Assembly (NCBI GenBank): GCA_005223125.1 | Contig: NJBH01000002.1 | Coordinates: 171,950-235,949, forward strand | Length of the DNA: 64,000 bases | Reading direction: 5' to 3' | From: Promethearchaeota archaeon Loki_b32 | GTDB taxonomy: Archaea > Asgardarchaeota > Lokiarchaeia > Sigyniarchaeales > SOKP01 | Shown: piece after piece, positions 8,769-18,137 of the stretch | Position numbering within the stretch: position 1 is the stretch's first letter | Layout: each line of letters opens with the position of its first letter | Notes under the pieces: model-generated | Told to the model about the DNA's origin: nothing | Database searches by the model: none | What the model saw: the letters and a program-made list of their open reading frames with translations, nothing else | Position numbers and translations under genes: made by a program

Positions 8769-10598
8769 TTAACTATTATTCTTTTTTTTAATGGGAACAT
8801 CAATATAGGACGCGTAAGAGGCATTTCGTGCAATAGTAATGGTAGGTTTTCCATCAGTTGGGTATTTTCTAAAAGTATCTTTATCAGCTCCCGCGATGGC
8901 AAGTTTGAGTCTATGTCCTTTTCGAATAAGGACAGACGTCGGTCGAAATCCGAAAGTTACTTCTGTGATTTCCCCCGGTATCATTGGAGAGGCATCTTTC
9001 TTTTTAAAAGAATGGTAGGGAATTAATATTTCATATGGGGGTGTATCCGTGGATATTTTACGGTGAATTAATCTTAAATTTCCATCTGTAAAATAATGTA
9101 TGTTTCCATTATCATCTATTTCTTCTAAATAAGCAAATATTGCTCCATCATCGTGAGTTGATCTAAGAAATAATGTAATCGTGGCATGACCTGTGATCTC
9201 CACATCCTCTTCAAAAGGCGGACTTGTATATGTCAATAACTTTTTATCTGCTTTTTCTCTATTTGAGTAATCAATTGGTAAACCTAATAATGTCCACCAC
9301 CTATTTAATCTACCAGATGTGGCGGTAAAGCTTACTTTATAATTATCTTCTCCTGCATCATTTTCAGGTTTCTTTGTAGTTATTGTATTATTTTCAGATA
9401 AATACCATTTCATTCTTGTAAATCCTTCAGGTGGCCAAACTTGAGTTTTATTCCATTTTTCTTCTCCCATTGTGTAATAATACAAAGTTTTTCCTTTAAT
9501 TTCCTCTCCATATAGAATTGAGTCAAAAAAATCAATCCATGTAGTAATACGCTCTTTTGGAGAAGGAGTGACTTCGGGTTTATCCGGATTTAAAGGATCA
9601 GCAGGATATAAAGCTCCATGATTCCATGCTCCAATTATTGCAATGTGAGGATTTTTCAAATTTATAAACCTATTTATGTGAGCATCAATATAAGCTGAAT
9701 CTAACCAAGCACACCAACTCAATATAGGCACATTAGATTTTTCAAACTGATCTTGGTAAATAAAAGAACTAATCTCATCTGGTGTTGCTCCATCTGGAAG
9801 AGAATCATCTCGAAAATCTTTATCATGAAGTAAATCATAGACATATTCATTTGAAAGATGTTCTTCCTTAGCTTCTTCTAATATTTTCTGATCTGTATCA
9901 ATATCAATAGGTTTTACCCCTTTCATCAATAACCATAAATACGGAATTAGTTCTTTAAAAGCTTTAGAATTGTTTTGATCAAGATTTCTTCCTACAAAGG
10001 ACCAAAGTTGTACAAATGCGTGATCAAAACAGCCCCCAGGAAAAGCGACATCAGTATAAGCATCCCATAACCCGTGACCCGGCATAATAGCTTTGACAGC
10101 GGGATGATTATTTACTGCTAACTGTTCCGCAGTTGTTGCAGTATAAGATATTCCATTAGAAACAACATTTCCATTTGACCAAGGTTGAGAAATAATCCAA
10201 TCTACAATATCAGCGCCATCTTTAACTTCTTCTTTTGAAAATGGATAAGGTCTTGATCCAAAAGAAGCACCGCATCCTCTCACGTCTACATACACTATTG
10301 CATAACCACGCTTAGTGAATAATGCAGGTGAAGGTGTAAAAATTGATGTTTCTTTAAGTACCCATCGAAAAGGAATTCTAAGTTTTGCAGCTCTCCAATA
10401 TCTTGTTTGATATAATAATGTAGGAAGTTTTTGTTCGGGATCTATTCCTTTAGGAAGACATATAGTAACTGCAATTTTTACTCCATCTCTCATAGGAATA
10501 TGGATATTACTGGTTGTATAATCTTTATAGGTCTTTCTTTGGGGAAAATTCCACTTCAGATGAAATGGATTATTATCACTTTCGATATTTTTACTCAT
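8769..10598 (-). CDS. CocE/NonD family hydrolase (peptidase S15-like)
   Basis: IPMRDGVKIA, VDVRGCGASFG, QPWSNGNV, GISY nucleophile, IGAWNH, C-terminal LTYTSPP..GHRLKLAI domain. Confidence 0.92.
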   Translation of the reverse strand: MSKNIESDNNPFHLKWNFPQRKTYKDYTTSNIHIPMRDGVKIAVTICLPKGIDPEQKLPTLLYQTRYWRAAKLRIPFRWVLKETSIFTPSPALFTKRGYAIVYVDVRGCGASFGSRPYPFSKEEVKDGADIVDWIISQPWSNGNVVSNGISYTATTAEQLAVNNHPAVKAIMPGHGLWDAYTDVAFPGGCFDHAFVQLWSFVGRNLDQNNSKAFKELIPYLWLLMKGVKPIDIDTDQKILEEAKEEHLSNEYVYDLLHDKDFRDDSLPDGATPDEISSFIYQDQFEKSNVPILSWCAWLDSAYIDAHINRFINLKNPHIAIIGAWNHGALYPADPLNPDKPEVTPSPKERITTWIDFFDSILYGEEIKGKTLYYYTMGEEKWNKTQVWPPEGFTRMKWYLSENNTITTKKPENDAGEDNYKVSFTATSGRLNRWWTLLGLPIDYSNREKADKKLLTYTSPPFEEDVEITGHATITLFLRSTHDDGAIFAYLEEIDDNGNIHYFTDGNLRLIHRKISTDTPPYEILIPYHSFKKKDASPMIPGEITEVTFGFRPTSVLIRKGHRLKLAIAGADKDTFRKYPTDGKPTITIARNASYASYIDVPIKKKNNS

Positions 10599-10778
10599 AA
10601 TTGTTTCTCTAATCCTAATTTAAATTCTTAAGATAATATAATACTATTTTTATCTTCTGTTATTTATTAAGTTACTTCTTCTGATAATCAATTGAATTTA
10701 TTAAATGTAAACCATAAATCTTTAAGGAAATGATCTCTTATACATCATAGAACTAAATTATTGATAAGGTGTATAAAG

Positions 10779-11159
10779 ATTTACTCTGATAAAGTCCTGG
10801 ACCACTTTAAAAATCCCCGAAATATGGGTGAAATGAAGGACGCTGATGCAGTAGGCGAATATGGAAATCCTATATGTGGCGATTTAATGCATATATATAT
10901 TAAGGTGAAAGAGATGAATGGACAAAAAATTATTGATGACATCTCTTTTCAGACTTTTGGTTGCGCTGCTGCTATTGCTACATCTTCTATGATTACAGAG
11001 ATTGCTAAAGGAAAAACTTTAGATGAAGCTTCAAATATTACCAGAGATGATGTAGCTAAATCTTTAGATGGACTACCTCCTATTAAATTGCATTGTTCAA
11101 ATTTAGCTGCAGACGCCTTAAAAGATGCTATTAAAAATTATCGAGAAAACCAAAAATAA
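10779..11159 (+). CDS. iscU: Fe-S cluster scaffold IscU/NifU (probable ATT start)
   Basis: YSDKVLDHFKNPRNMG, GNPICGD, FGCAAAIA, LPPIKLHCS; AGGTG at 10767-10771 precedes ATT 10779 and gives the family-typical MYSDKV start. Confidence 0.95.
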   Translation: MYSDKVLDHFKNPRNMGEMKDADAVGEYGNPICGDLMHIYIKVKEMNGQKIIDDISFQTFGCAAAIATSSMITEIAKGKTLDEASNITRDDVAKSLDGLPPIKLHCSNLAADALKDAIKNYRENQK

Positions 11160-11207
11160 AATTCTTTTTCCTCTTCAATTAGAAATTAAAGTTTATTCTT
11201 TACTCTT

Positions 11208-12080
11208 ATGGAATTTTCTAAACCAATAATAAACATTATTCAAGAGCGAATATCTCATAGAACTTATTCTGGACACTCTCTTGAAAAAGTTCTTAGAGAA
11301 AAGGTATTGAATTTATTGGAAAATCATGATTTGATAAGTCCTTTTAGTAAATATGCTGGAAAAGCAAGATTTAGGCTTTTAAGCATTCCAGAGTTTAACT
11401 CTAAAGAAAGGAAAAAGTTAGGGACTTATGGATTCATAAAGGGCGCTCAAGATTTTATTGTAGGAGCAGTTGAAAAATCTCAGTACAGTCGAGAACATTA
11501 TGGATATCTTATGGAAACTATTATTTTAGGTGCCACAGATTTGGGGTTAGGCACATGTTGGTTAGGTGGTTTTTTTAACAGAAGTCTATTTACTTCGAAA
11601 ATTAATTGTACATCAGATGAAATCATACCTGCTATTACACCCATTGGATATTCTGCTCAGAGAACAGTTAGAGAAAAGGTTATTCGATCATTTGCTAAAG
11701 CAGATAAAAGATTGCCTTGGGATCAATTATTTTTTGAAGGAAATCATAGTGTTTCATTATCTAAGGAAAAAGCAGGCAAGTATTCAAAACTACTTGAAAT
11801 GGTTAGATTAGGGCCATCTGCTGGGAACAAACAACCTTGGCGGATATTTAAAGTACTCACCAGAGATACTTTTCATTTTTATACCATTAACCCTAAAGAT
11901 GGACGATTTTTGCAATACAGCAAATTTCGACCTATAGATATCGGAATAGCTGTTAGTCACTTTGATCTTACGGCAAAAGAATTAGGCATTAATGGGAATT
12001 GGATAATTGAGACTCCTCAAATTCCCGGAGCAGACGACTTAATATATAAGATTACTTGGAATGGGGATGACAAAAAATAA
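11208..12080 (+). CDS. Nitroreductase family protein
   Basis: RISHRTY, GTYGFIKGA, LGLGTCWLGG, GPSAGNKQPW, IDIGIA. Confidence 0.88.
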   Translation: MEFSKPIINIIQERISHRTYSGHSLEKVLREKVLNLLENHDLISPFSKYAGKARFRLLSIPEFNSKERKKLGTYGFIKGAQDFIVGAVEKSQYSREHYGYLMETIILGATDLGLGTCWLGGFFNRSLFTSKINCTSDEIIPAITPIGYSAQRTVREKVIRSFAKADKRLPWDQLFFEGNHSVSLSKEKAGKYSKLLEMVRLGPSAGNKQPWRIFKVLTRDTFHFYTINPKDGRFLQYSKFRPIDIGIAVSHFDLTAKELGINGNWIIETPQIPGADDLIYKITWNGDDKK

Positions 12081-12100
12081 GTCAATCTAATTATTAATAT

Positions 12101-12349
12101 ATGATTTTAGGAGTAGGGGCTGTATTATTAGTAATTATTATTTTAACATACATTGTAATTCATTACAATACCCATAACGATTCAATAAATCCATTAAAAA
12201 ATGAATATTATGAAAATAATGAGATAAAATCCCCTAAAACCGATGATAAGGAGTTTTCTTTAGGAAATGCTAATTTTTGTTATAATTGCGGTAAAAAATT
12301 AGATTATAATTCAGTAAAATTTTGCATATATTGTGGAGTAGAAATTTAA
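12101..12349 (+). CDS. Small membrane-anchored zinc-ribbon protein
   Basis: N-terminal hydrophobic helix; C-terminal FCYNCG...FCIYCG. Confidence 0.65.
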   Translation: MILGVGAVLLVIIILTYIVIHYNTHNDSINPLKNEYYENNEIKSPKTDDKEFSLGNANFCYNCGKKLDYNSVKFCIYCGVEI

Positions 12350-12493
12350 TTGAAATAACTTGAAGTTTTATAACCTAAACGATTAAATACAGATTATTAT
12401 GAAACCAAAATGAGAAGTTAATTTACAAATTATAAACAAAAGGTATAATTATCAAAGTTAGTAATTAGAAATATGAGAAAAAGGTGATTTTTC

Positions 12494-15391
12494 ATAACAG
12501 AAACTAAAGAAAATATAAATATTAAGTTAGGTGGAATGACATGCGCTAATTGCGCTTTGAAGATCGAAACAAAGTTAAATAATCTTGAAGGTGTCAATAC
12601 AGCAGTAGTTAACTTTGCTAATGAGGAGGCAACAGTTGATTATGATCCTAGAACCGTTGATTTTACTGTTTTTAAGGATGCAATTCGTGATCTTGGTTAT
12701 AAAGCATCATTAGCTAAAATCGATTTAAAAGTTGTAGATACCCTTTCTGAAAGTGAATTTGAAAATTTCATTAAGAAGATAAAAACTATCCAAGGAATTC
12801 ATGATATCAGAGGGAACTACAAAGCTTCCAAGATGTTCATTGAATTCAATGAATTAATTATAGATGAAAATGGCGTATATTCTACAATAAAGCAATTGGG
12901 CTATACTATTGAGAAATCCGCAGGAGTAATGGATATGGAGATTATTAAGCATAAGAAAGAAATGAGATATCGTTTACGTATTATGTTAATTTCACTAACG
13001 TTTTCACTAATAATTACTCCTATTAGCTGGCTTGTAATAGAATCTTTCGAAAGGAATTTAGTCCTATTTTTTCTCGCAGTTGCTAATTACCTTATTTCTG
13101 GCTCTTTCTTTTTGATTGGAGCATACAAATCTTTGAAGAATAAATCTACAAACATGGATGTATTAGTCGCTTTAGGCACCACAACAGCACTTATTTATTC
13201 CATATTAACGACATTTATCATATCTGGAAATACCTTTTACGAAGCTATGAGTATGATAATTACTTTCTTACTAGTCGGAAAATATCTTGAACATAAAACT
13301 AAGGGACAGACTTCAGAAGCTATAAAAAAATTAATCGGTTTACAACCAAAAACTGCTACAATTTTAAAAGATGGAAAAGAAATTGAGATTCCTATTGAAG
13401 AAATTGAGTTAGGAGATACATTAGTTGTGAGACCTGGTGAAAAAATTCCTGTGGATGGAAAAGTTGTTGAAGGAAAAACTAAAGTAGATGAATCAATGAT
13501 CACAGGTGAAAGTAAGTATGTTAAAAAAGAAATTGAGAGTGAGGTAATTGGGGCAACAGTAAATCAGACTGGATTAATTCATATGATTGCTGAGAAAATC
13601 GGTAAAGATACATTACTATTTCAGATTATAGATTTTGTAAAACAAGCTCAAGGTAGAAAAGCAGCTAAACAGCAATTAGCCGATAAAGTTAGTAATTATT
13701 TTGTACCATTAGTTATTATAATAGCAGTAAGTTCATTTTTATACTGGTTTTTTATTGGAACTCAAGTATTCCCAGTACTTCAAGCTACTAGACTTGAAAC
13801 CTCTTTGTTAGTCTTTACTTCAGTAGTTGTTATAGCATGTCCTTGCGCTTTAGGACTTGCAATTCCAACCGCTGTAATGGTTGGTACAGGTAAAGGTGCT
13901 GAAAATGGTCTTTTAATTAAAGGAGGTGATTCACTGGAATCGATCAATACAATTAACACTATTGTTTTTGATAAAACAGGTACTTTGACGGTTGGAAAGC
14001 CAAAAGTTTCGGTAATTTTTACTGAAAAGGATTTGAATAATACAGGTTATGATGAAAATGAACTACTATTTTATGCTGGAAGTGCTGAAATGGGATCAGA
14101 ACATCCTCTTGGAAGGGCCATCATTGAAGAAGCAAATCAAAGAGGATTATCTCTCGAATCACCAAAAGAATTTGATGCTTTTCCTGGAAAAGGCATTAAA
14201 ACTAAAATTAAAGGAAAAACAGTATTAATTGGAAATAATAAATTAATGTTAGACAATGGTATATCAATTGAAGATTATAAGAACAAATTTAATGAATATC
14301 AGCAATATGGTATAACAACAATTTTAATCAGTATTGATAATACAATCAAAGGTATAATAGGGATTTCTGATAAAATAAAGGATCAAGCACCCTATGCTTT
14401 AGATAAATTACGAGAAACTGGTTTAGAAATTTATATGTTAACAGGAGATAACATGCAAACAGCTTTAATTATTGGAAAACAATTAAAAATTGATGATCAA
14501 CATATTTTGGCAGAGGTTTTACCTAATGAGAAAGCTTTAACTATTCAAAAATTGCAGGAGTCTGGAGACCATAAGGTTGTCGGTATGGTGGGTGATGGAA
14601 TAAATGATGCTCCTGCATTAGCTCAAGCGGATGTTGGAATAGCAATAGGATCTGGAACTGATGTCGCCATTGAAACTGCTGATATTGTTCTGATGAGAGG
14701 AGATTTACGAAATGTTGTTTCTGCCATTAATTTATCAAAAAAGACTTATAAAAAGATGATAACAAATCTATTCTGGGCTTTTATTTATAATGTTATCGGA
14801 ATACCAATCGCAGCTGGTGTATTTTATGGTTTAACTGGACTATTTCTGCCACCTTATTTAGCAGCAGTTTTTATGGCAACAAGTTCGGTTTCCGTAGTAA
14901 CAAATGCTTTATTTTTAAAAAAATATGAACCAAAAACACCTCAACAACTTGAAGAAGAAATGTTATTGGTTTCTCAAGAGAAAGTAACAGATCCAGTATG
15001 TGGAATGGAAATTGATCCAAGACAAGCAATTGAATATGAATATAAAAGTAAAATATATCATTTTTGCAATCCTAATTGTGAAACTCATTTCAAACGAGAT
15101 CCTGAAAGATTTAAGAATTATGATGCAATGGATCCAAAACTTATGCAAATAAAAAGCCCTGATAGTAACAAAAAAGAAGAAAGTGTAATTGAGAATGAAC
15201 AAACTAAAAAGGAGGATAAAAATATGGGAAAATTAAAATGTTCGGAATGTGGATTAGAGCAAGATCTTCCAATGCATTGTGGACAAGCCATGCATAAAGA
15301 AGGAGATCAATTAGTCTGCTGGATGGGTTCTAGCTGTGGAGCTCAACTAATTCCAGAACATCATGGAAAACATATGGAAGTTATTGAATAA
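12494..15391 (+). CDS. copA: Copper-translocating P1B-type ATPase with C-terminal YHS/TRASH and Cys/His-rich domains (probable ATA start)
   Basis: GMTCANC HMA motif, [25 protein letters not shown]; DPVCGM...HFC YHS domain; GGTGA at 12483-12487 precedes ATA 12494. Confidence 0.95.
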   Translation: MTETKENINIKLGGMTCANCALKIETKLNNLEGVNTAVVNFANEEATVDYDPRTVDFTVFKDAIRDLGYKASLAKIDLKVVDTLSESEFENFIKKIKTIQGIHDIRGNYKASKMFIEFNELIIDENGVYSTIKQLGYTIEKSAGVMDMEIIKHKKEMRYRLRIMLISLTFSLIITPISWLVIESFERNLVLFFLAVANYLISGSFFLIGAYKSLKNKSTNMDVLVALGTTTALIYSILTTFIISGNTFYEAMSMIITFLLVGKYLEHKTKGQTSEAIKKLIGLQPKTATILKDGKEIEIPIEEIELGDTLVVRPGEKIPVDGKVVEGKTKVDESMITGESKYVKKEIESEVIGATVNQTGLIHMIAEKIGKDTLLFQIIDFVKQAQGRKAAKQQLADKVSNYFVPLVIIIAVSSFLYWFFIGTQVFPVLQATRLETSLLVFTSVVVIACPCALGLAIPTAVMVGTGKGAENGLLIKGGDSLESINTINTIVFDKTGTLTVGKPKVSVIFTEKDLNNTGYDENELLFYAGSAEMGSEHPLGRAIIEEANQRGLSLESPKEFDAFPGKGIKTKIKGKTVLIGNNKLMLDNGISIEDYKNKFNEYQQYGITTILISIDNTIKGIIGISDKIKDQAPYALDKLRETGLEIYMLTGDNMQTALIIGKQLKIDDQHILAEVLPNEKALTIQKLQESGDHKVVGMVGDGINDAPALAQADVGIAIGSGTDVAIETADIVLMRGDLRNVVSAINLSKKTYKKMITNLFWAFIYNVIGIPIAAGVFYGLTGLFLPPYLAAVFMATSSVSVVTNALFLKKYEPKTPQQLEEEMLLVSQEKVTDPVCGMEIDPRQAIEYEYKSKIYHFCNPNCETHFKRDPERFKNYDAMDPKLMQIKSPDSNKKEESVIENEQTKKEDKNMGKLKCSECGLEQDLPMHCGQAMHKEGDQLVCWMGSSCGAQLIPEHHGKHMEVIE
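15211..15226 (+). promoter_or_regulatory. Internal GGAGG ribosome-binding site and in-frame ATG (15224) inside copA
   Basis: GGAGGATAAAAATATG, in frame with copA, immediately before the terminal [10 protein letters not shown] domain. Confidence 0.5.
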
Positions 15392-15405
15392 TATATTAAA
15401 ACTGA

Positions 15406-15597
15406 GTGGTGAAATTGGAAAAACTTCAATTAATTTGTTGTAAGTGTGGGAATGTGATGGAAACACTTCCTAGTAGTAGCCAAGATATTATTATAGATGA
15501 AGAAACCGGAGAAATTTTATATTGGAATGGCCAAAAATGCGGTTATAGACCTTCAGATTGCCTTGTTTGTGAAAAATGTCAAGATAAAGGTTGTTAA
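15406..15597 (+). CDS. Small Cys-rich metal-binding protein
   Basis: CCKCG, KCG, DCLVCEKC; directly downstream of copA. Confidence 0.65.
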   Translation: MVKLEKLQLICCKCGNVMETLPSSSQDIIIDEETGEILYWNGQKCGYRPSDCLVCEKCQDKGC

Positions 15598-15701
15598 ACT
15601 AACAGATTTTTTACTCTAATCTTATATTTCATAAAAAATAATCTTTAAAGTAATTTTTACTTACTATATTTCGAATAAGCGTTTTATGGAGGAAAAACAT
15701 C

Positions 15702-16697
15702 ATGAAGTATTATTCAGATATATTAAAATTAATCGGTAGAACACCATTAGTCCGGATTAATAAGAGTAATCCGTATTCTAATGTGTTAATGTTAGCTAAA
15801 TTAGAAAAATATAATCCATCTGGGTCTGTAAAAGACAGAATTGCGATTTCTATGATAGAAGAAGCAGAGAAAGCAGGAATATTAACACACGAAAAAGTTA
15901 TAATAGAACCGAGTAGTGGAAATACAGGAATTGGGTTATCTTTAGTATGTGCTGCTAAAGGTTATCCTCTAGAAATTGTTATGCCTGAAACAATGTCAGT
16001 AGAAAGACGTAAAATAATGACTGCTTATGGGGCTAAAATAACTTTAACTCCCGGGAAGAAAGGAATGGATGGAACACAAGATTATGTAGAAGAAATAGTA
16101 AAAAAAAATCCTGAAAAATACTTTTTTCTTAATCAGTATGCTAACGAAAATAACCCATTGGCTCATTATAGATATACAGCCGAAGAAATAATTGAAGATA
16201 CTGATGGAGAAATTGATGTGTTTGTTGCGGGATTAGGAACCTCTGGTACTTTAATGGGGGTCTCAAGAAGATTAAAAGAACATAACCCAAACATTAAAAT
16301 AATTGCTGTAGAACCTGAAGCTGAAGCACCGATTCAAGGTTTGAAGAGTTTAAAAACTTCTTATATTCCAGAAATTTATGATGAAACGAGAATAGATGAA
16401 AAAGTGTATGTTTCTATAGAAGATGCTGCACATGCTTCTCGAATGTTAGCATTACAAGAAGGAATTTTTACTGGTATCAGTTCAGGAGCTGCTTTGCATG
16501 TTGCTATAGAAACTGTAGAAAAGATGGAATCTGGTACTTTAGTAGTATTATTACCAGATGGTGGTGAAAAATATATTTCCAATCCCATTTATGCTCCGGA
16601 AAAATGTTTAGAATGTACTAGAAGATGTAAAATCAAGACTCTATGGGATGATCAATATATAAAATCAATATCAGAGTGGTGGGAAAATAAAGAATAA
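15702..16697 (+). CDS. cysK: Cysteine synthase (CysK/CysM family, PLP-dependent)
   Basis: IGRTPLV, KLEKYNPSGSVKDR, EPSSGNTG, GLGTSGT, GISSGA, LPDGGEKY; SD GGAGG. Confidence 0.92.
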   Translation: MKYYSDILKLIGRTPLVRINKSNPYSNVLMLAKLEKYNPSGSVKDRIAISMIEEAEKAGILTHEKVIIEPSSGNTGIGLSLVCAAKGYPLEIVMPETMSVERRKIMTAYGAKITLTPGKKGMDGTQDYVEEIVKKNPEKYFFLNQYANENNPLAHYRYTAEEIIEDTDGEIDVFVAGLGTSGTLMGVSRRLKEHNPNIKIIAVEPEAEAPIQGLKSLKTSYIPEIYDETRIDEKVYVSIEDAAHASRMLALQEGIFTGISSGAALHVAIETVEKMESGTLVVLLPDGGEKYISNPIYAPEKCLECTRRCKIKTLWDDQYIKSISEWWENKE

Positions 16698-16706
16698 AAT
16701 TAATAG

Positions 16707-18002
16707 TTAGTTCTGTTTTATATCCTTCTCTTTAAATTTTATCCAAACTTCCAAAGCGATAAATACAAATAATCCAATTAGACATAATAAAGCCCCTATA
16801 AAAAAAGCCATTTGGTATGCAAAAACCTCACTCTTTCCCTCATTATATAAGAAATCAATGAGAGGACCTGAAATTAATGTACCTGCCACGCCCCACGAGA
16901 GGAAAAACGTAGTATTATACACAGCAAATAATTTCCCTCGCATTCTTTCTGGAATTAGAACTGAGGCAATTGCATATGAGGAAGCATATATTATTACCTC
17001 TGCGGCTCCGATTAAAAATGATCCTATAAAAATGATCGATAGATGAAAAGTAGTTGCTGTAATAATTAGAGCGACAATCCCTAATGAAGTTCCAATTATT
17101 AATGTTTTTGAATGACCAAATTTTTTACTTAAGAATCCTGCCGTAAATCCTATGATCAATGTTGCTACTGATCGTGTATTTGCTATAAAACTTAGCAGTA
17201 TAGGACTTACATCAAACCCAGAATCTAAAGAGAGATATTGAGAATAAGGCACTGCTATACTATTTCTTCCAAAGTTAATAAAAATCAAAGCTACAATGAA
17301 TATGATAAAAACAAATATATAATTTTGATTATTTCTTGTTTGATCTGATGATTTTTCTTGTTCTGCTAATTCTATATTAACTCCTCCCTCTGGTGTAAAA
17401 AACATCGGGATTATTGAAATAAACATTACAAATGAAGCTATAACAAAAAGTGGTCCATTTCTAAATCCAAAACCAGCATCATACAAGAATCCTCCAATAA
17501 ATATTCCAATTATCCTTCCTAATCCACCTAGACTTATTAATTGACCCATAATTTTACTTCTTTTCTCAGATGGGTATAAATCACTTAATAAGGCGCTCCA
17601 ACCAATGTTTGACATTGACCAAAACATTTCTACGCAAGTTAACCCTAATATAATTACCCAGCCTACAATAACATAATTATTAAAGGAAAAGTGAATACCC
17701 CAAACTATTAAAGTTCCTAATCCTGCTAAAAATTCACCACATATAATAAAAGTTCTTCTTCGCTGAATTTTATCACTAATTGGTCCCCAAACAAAATTCT
17801 GAAATATAACAGAAGCAATCATTGGAAACGTGGCGTAAAAAGTTGTCATTGTAACAGATAACCCTAAAAACTCTCTCATATAAATCGATAAGTAGGTATA
17901 AAAAAGTCCCCTTCTGAACATGGCAAGCATTTGAAAGGAAGATAATCCAGTAAAAATTGCGAAGGGTGATCTCTTACTAATTTTCGCAGATAATTTTGGC
18001 AT
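16707..18002 (-). CDS. MFS transporter
   Basis: About 12 hydrophobic segments, GPISDKIQRR motif A, GFLSKKFG in second half. Confidence 0.85.
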   Translation of the reverse strand: MPKLSAKISKRSPFAIFTGLSSFQMLAMFRRGLFYTYLSIYMREFLGLSVTMTTFYATFPMIASVIFQNFVWGPISDKIQRRRTFIICGEFLAGLGTLIVWGIHFSFNNYVIVGWVIILGLTCVEMFWSMSNIGWSALLSDLYPSEKRSKIMGQLISLGGLGRIIGIFIGGFLYDAGFGFRNGPLFVIASFVMFISIIPMFFTPEGGVNIELAEQEKSSDQTRNNQNYIFVFIIFIVALIFINFGRNSIAVPYSQYLSLDSGFDVSPILLSFIANTRSVATLIIGFTAGFLSKKFGHSKTLIIGTSLGIVALIITATTFHLSIIFIGSFLIGAAEVIIYASSYAIASVLIPERMRGKLFAVYNTTFFLSWGVAGTLISGPLIDFLYNEGKSEVFAYQMAFFIGALLCLIGLFVFIALEVWIKFKEKDIKQN

Positions 18003-18137
18003 ATTAAATTTATAAGTTATTTTAAATAATTAAAAGAAATCTGTTTTCTAAAAGTTTCTATTTATTTAGGATTGAATGAAAAAATTGGAAAACAATATGA
18101 ATTAAAATGAGTACTAATAAAGGGTATTTAAATTATT

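Noticed and set aside
8750-8902. Long N-terminal extension of the 8384-8902 ORF
   Set aside because: Overlaps the CocE gene; a strong GGAGGAGG site supports ATG 8749 instead
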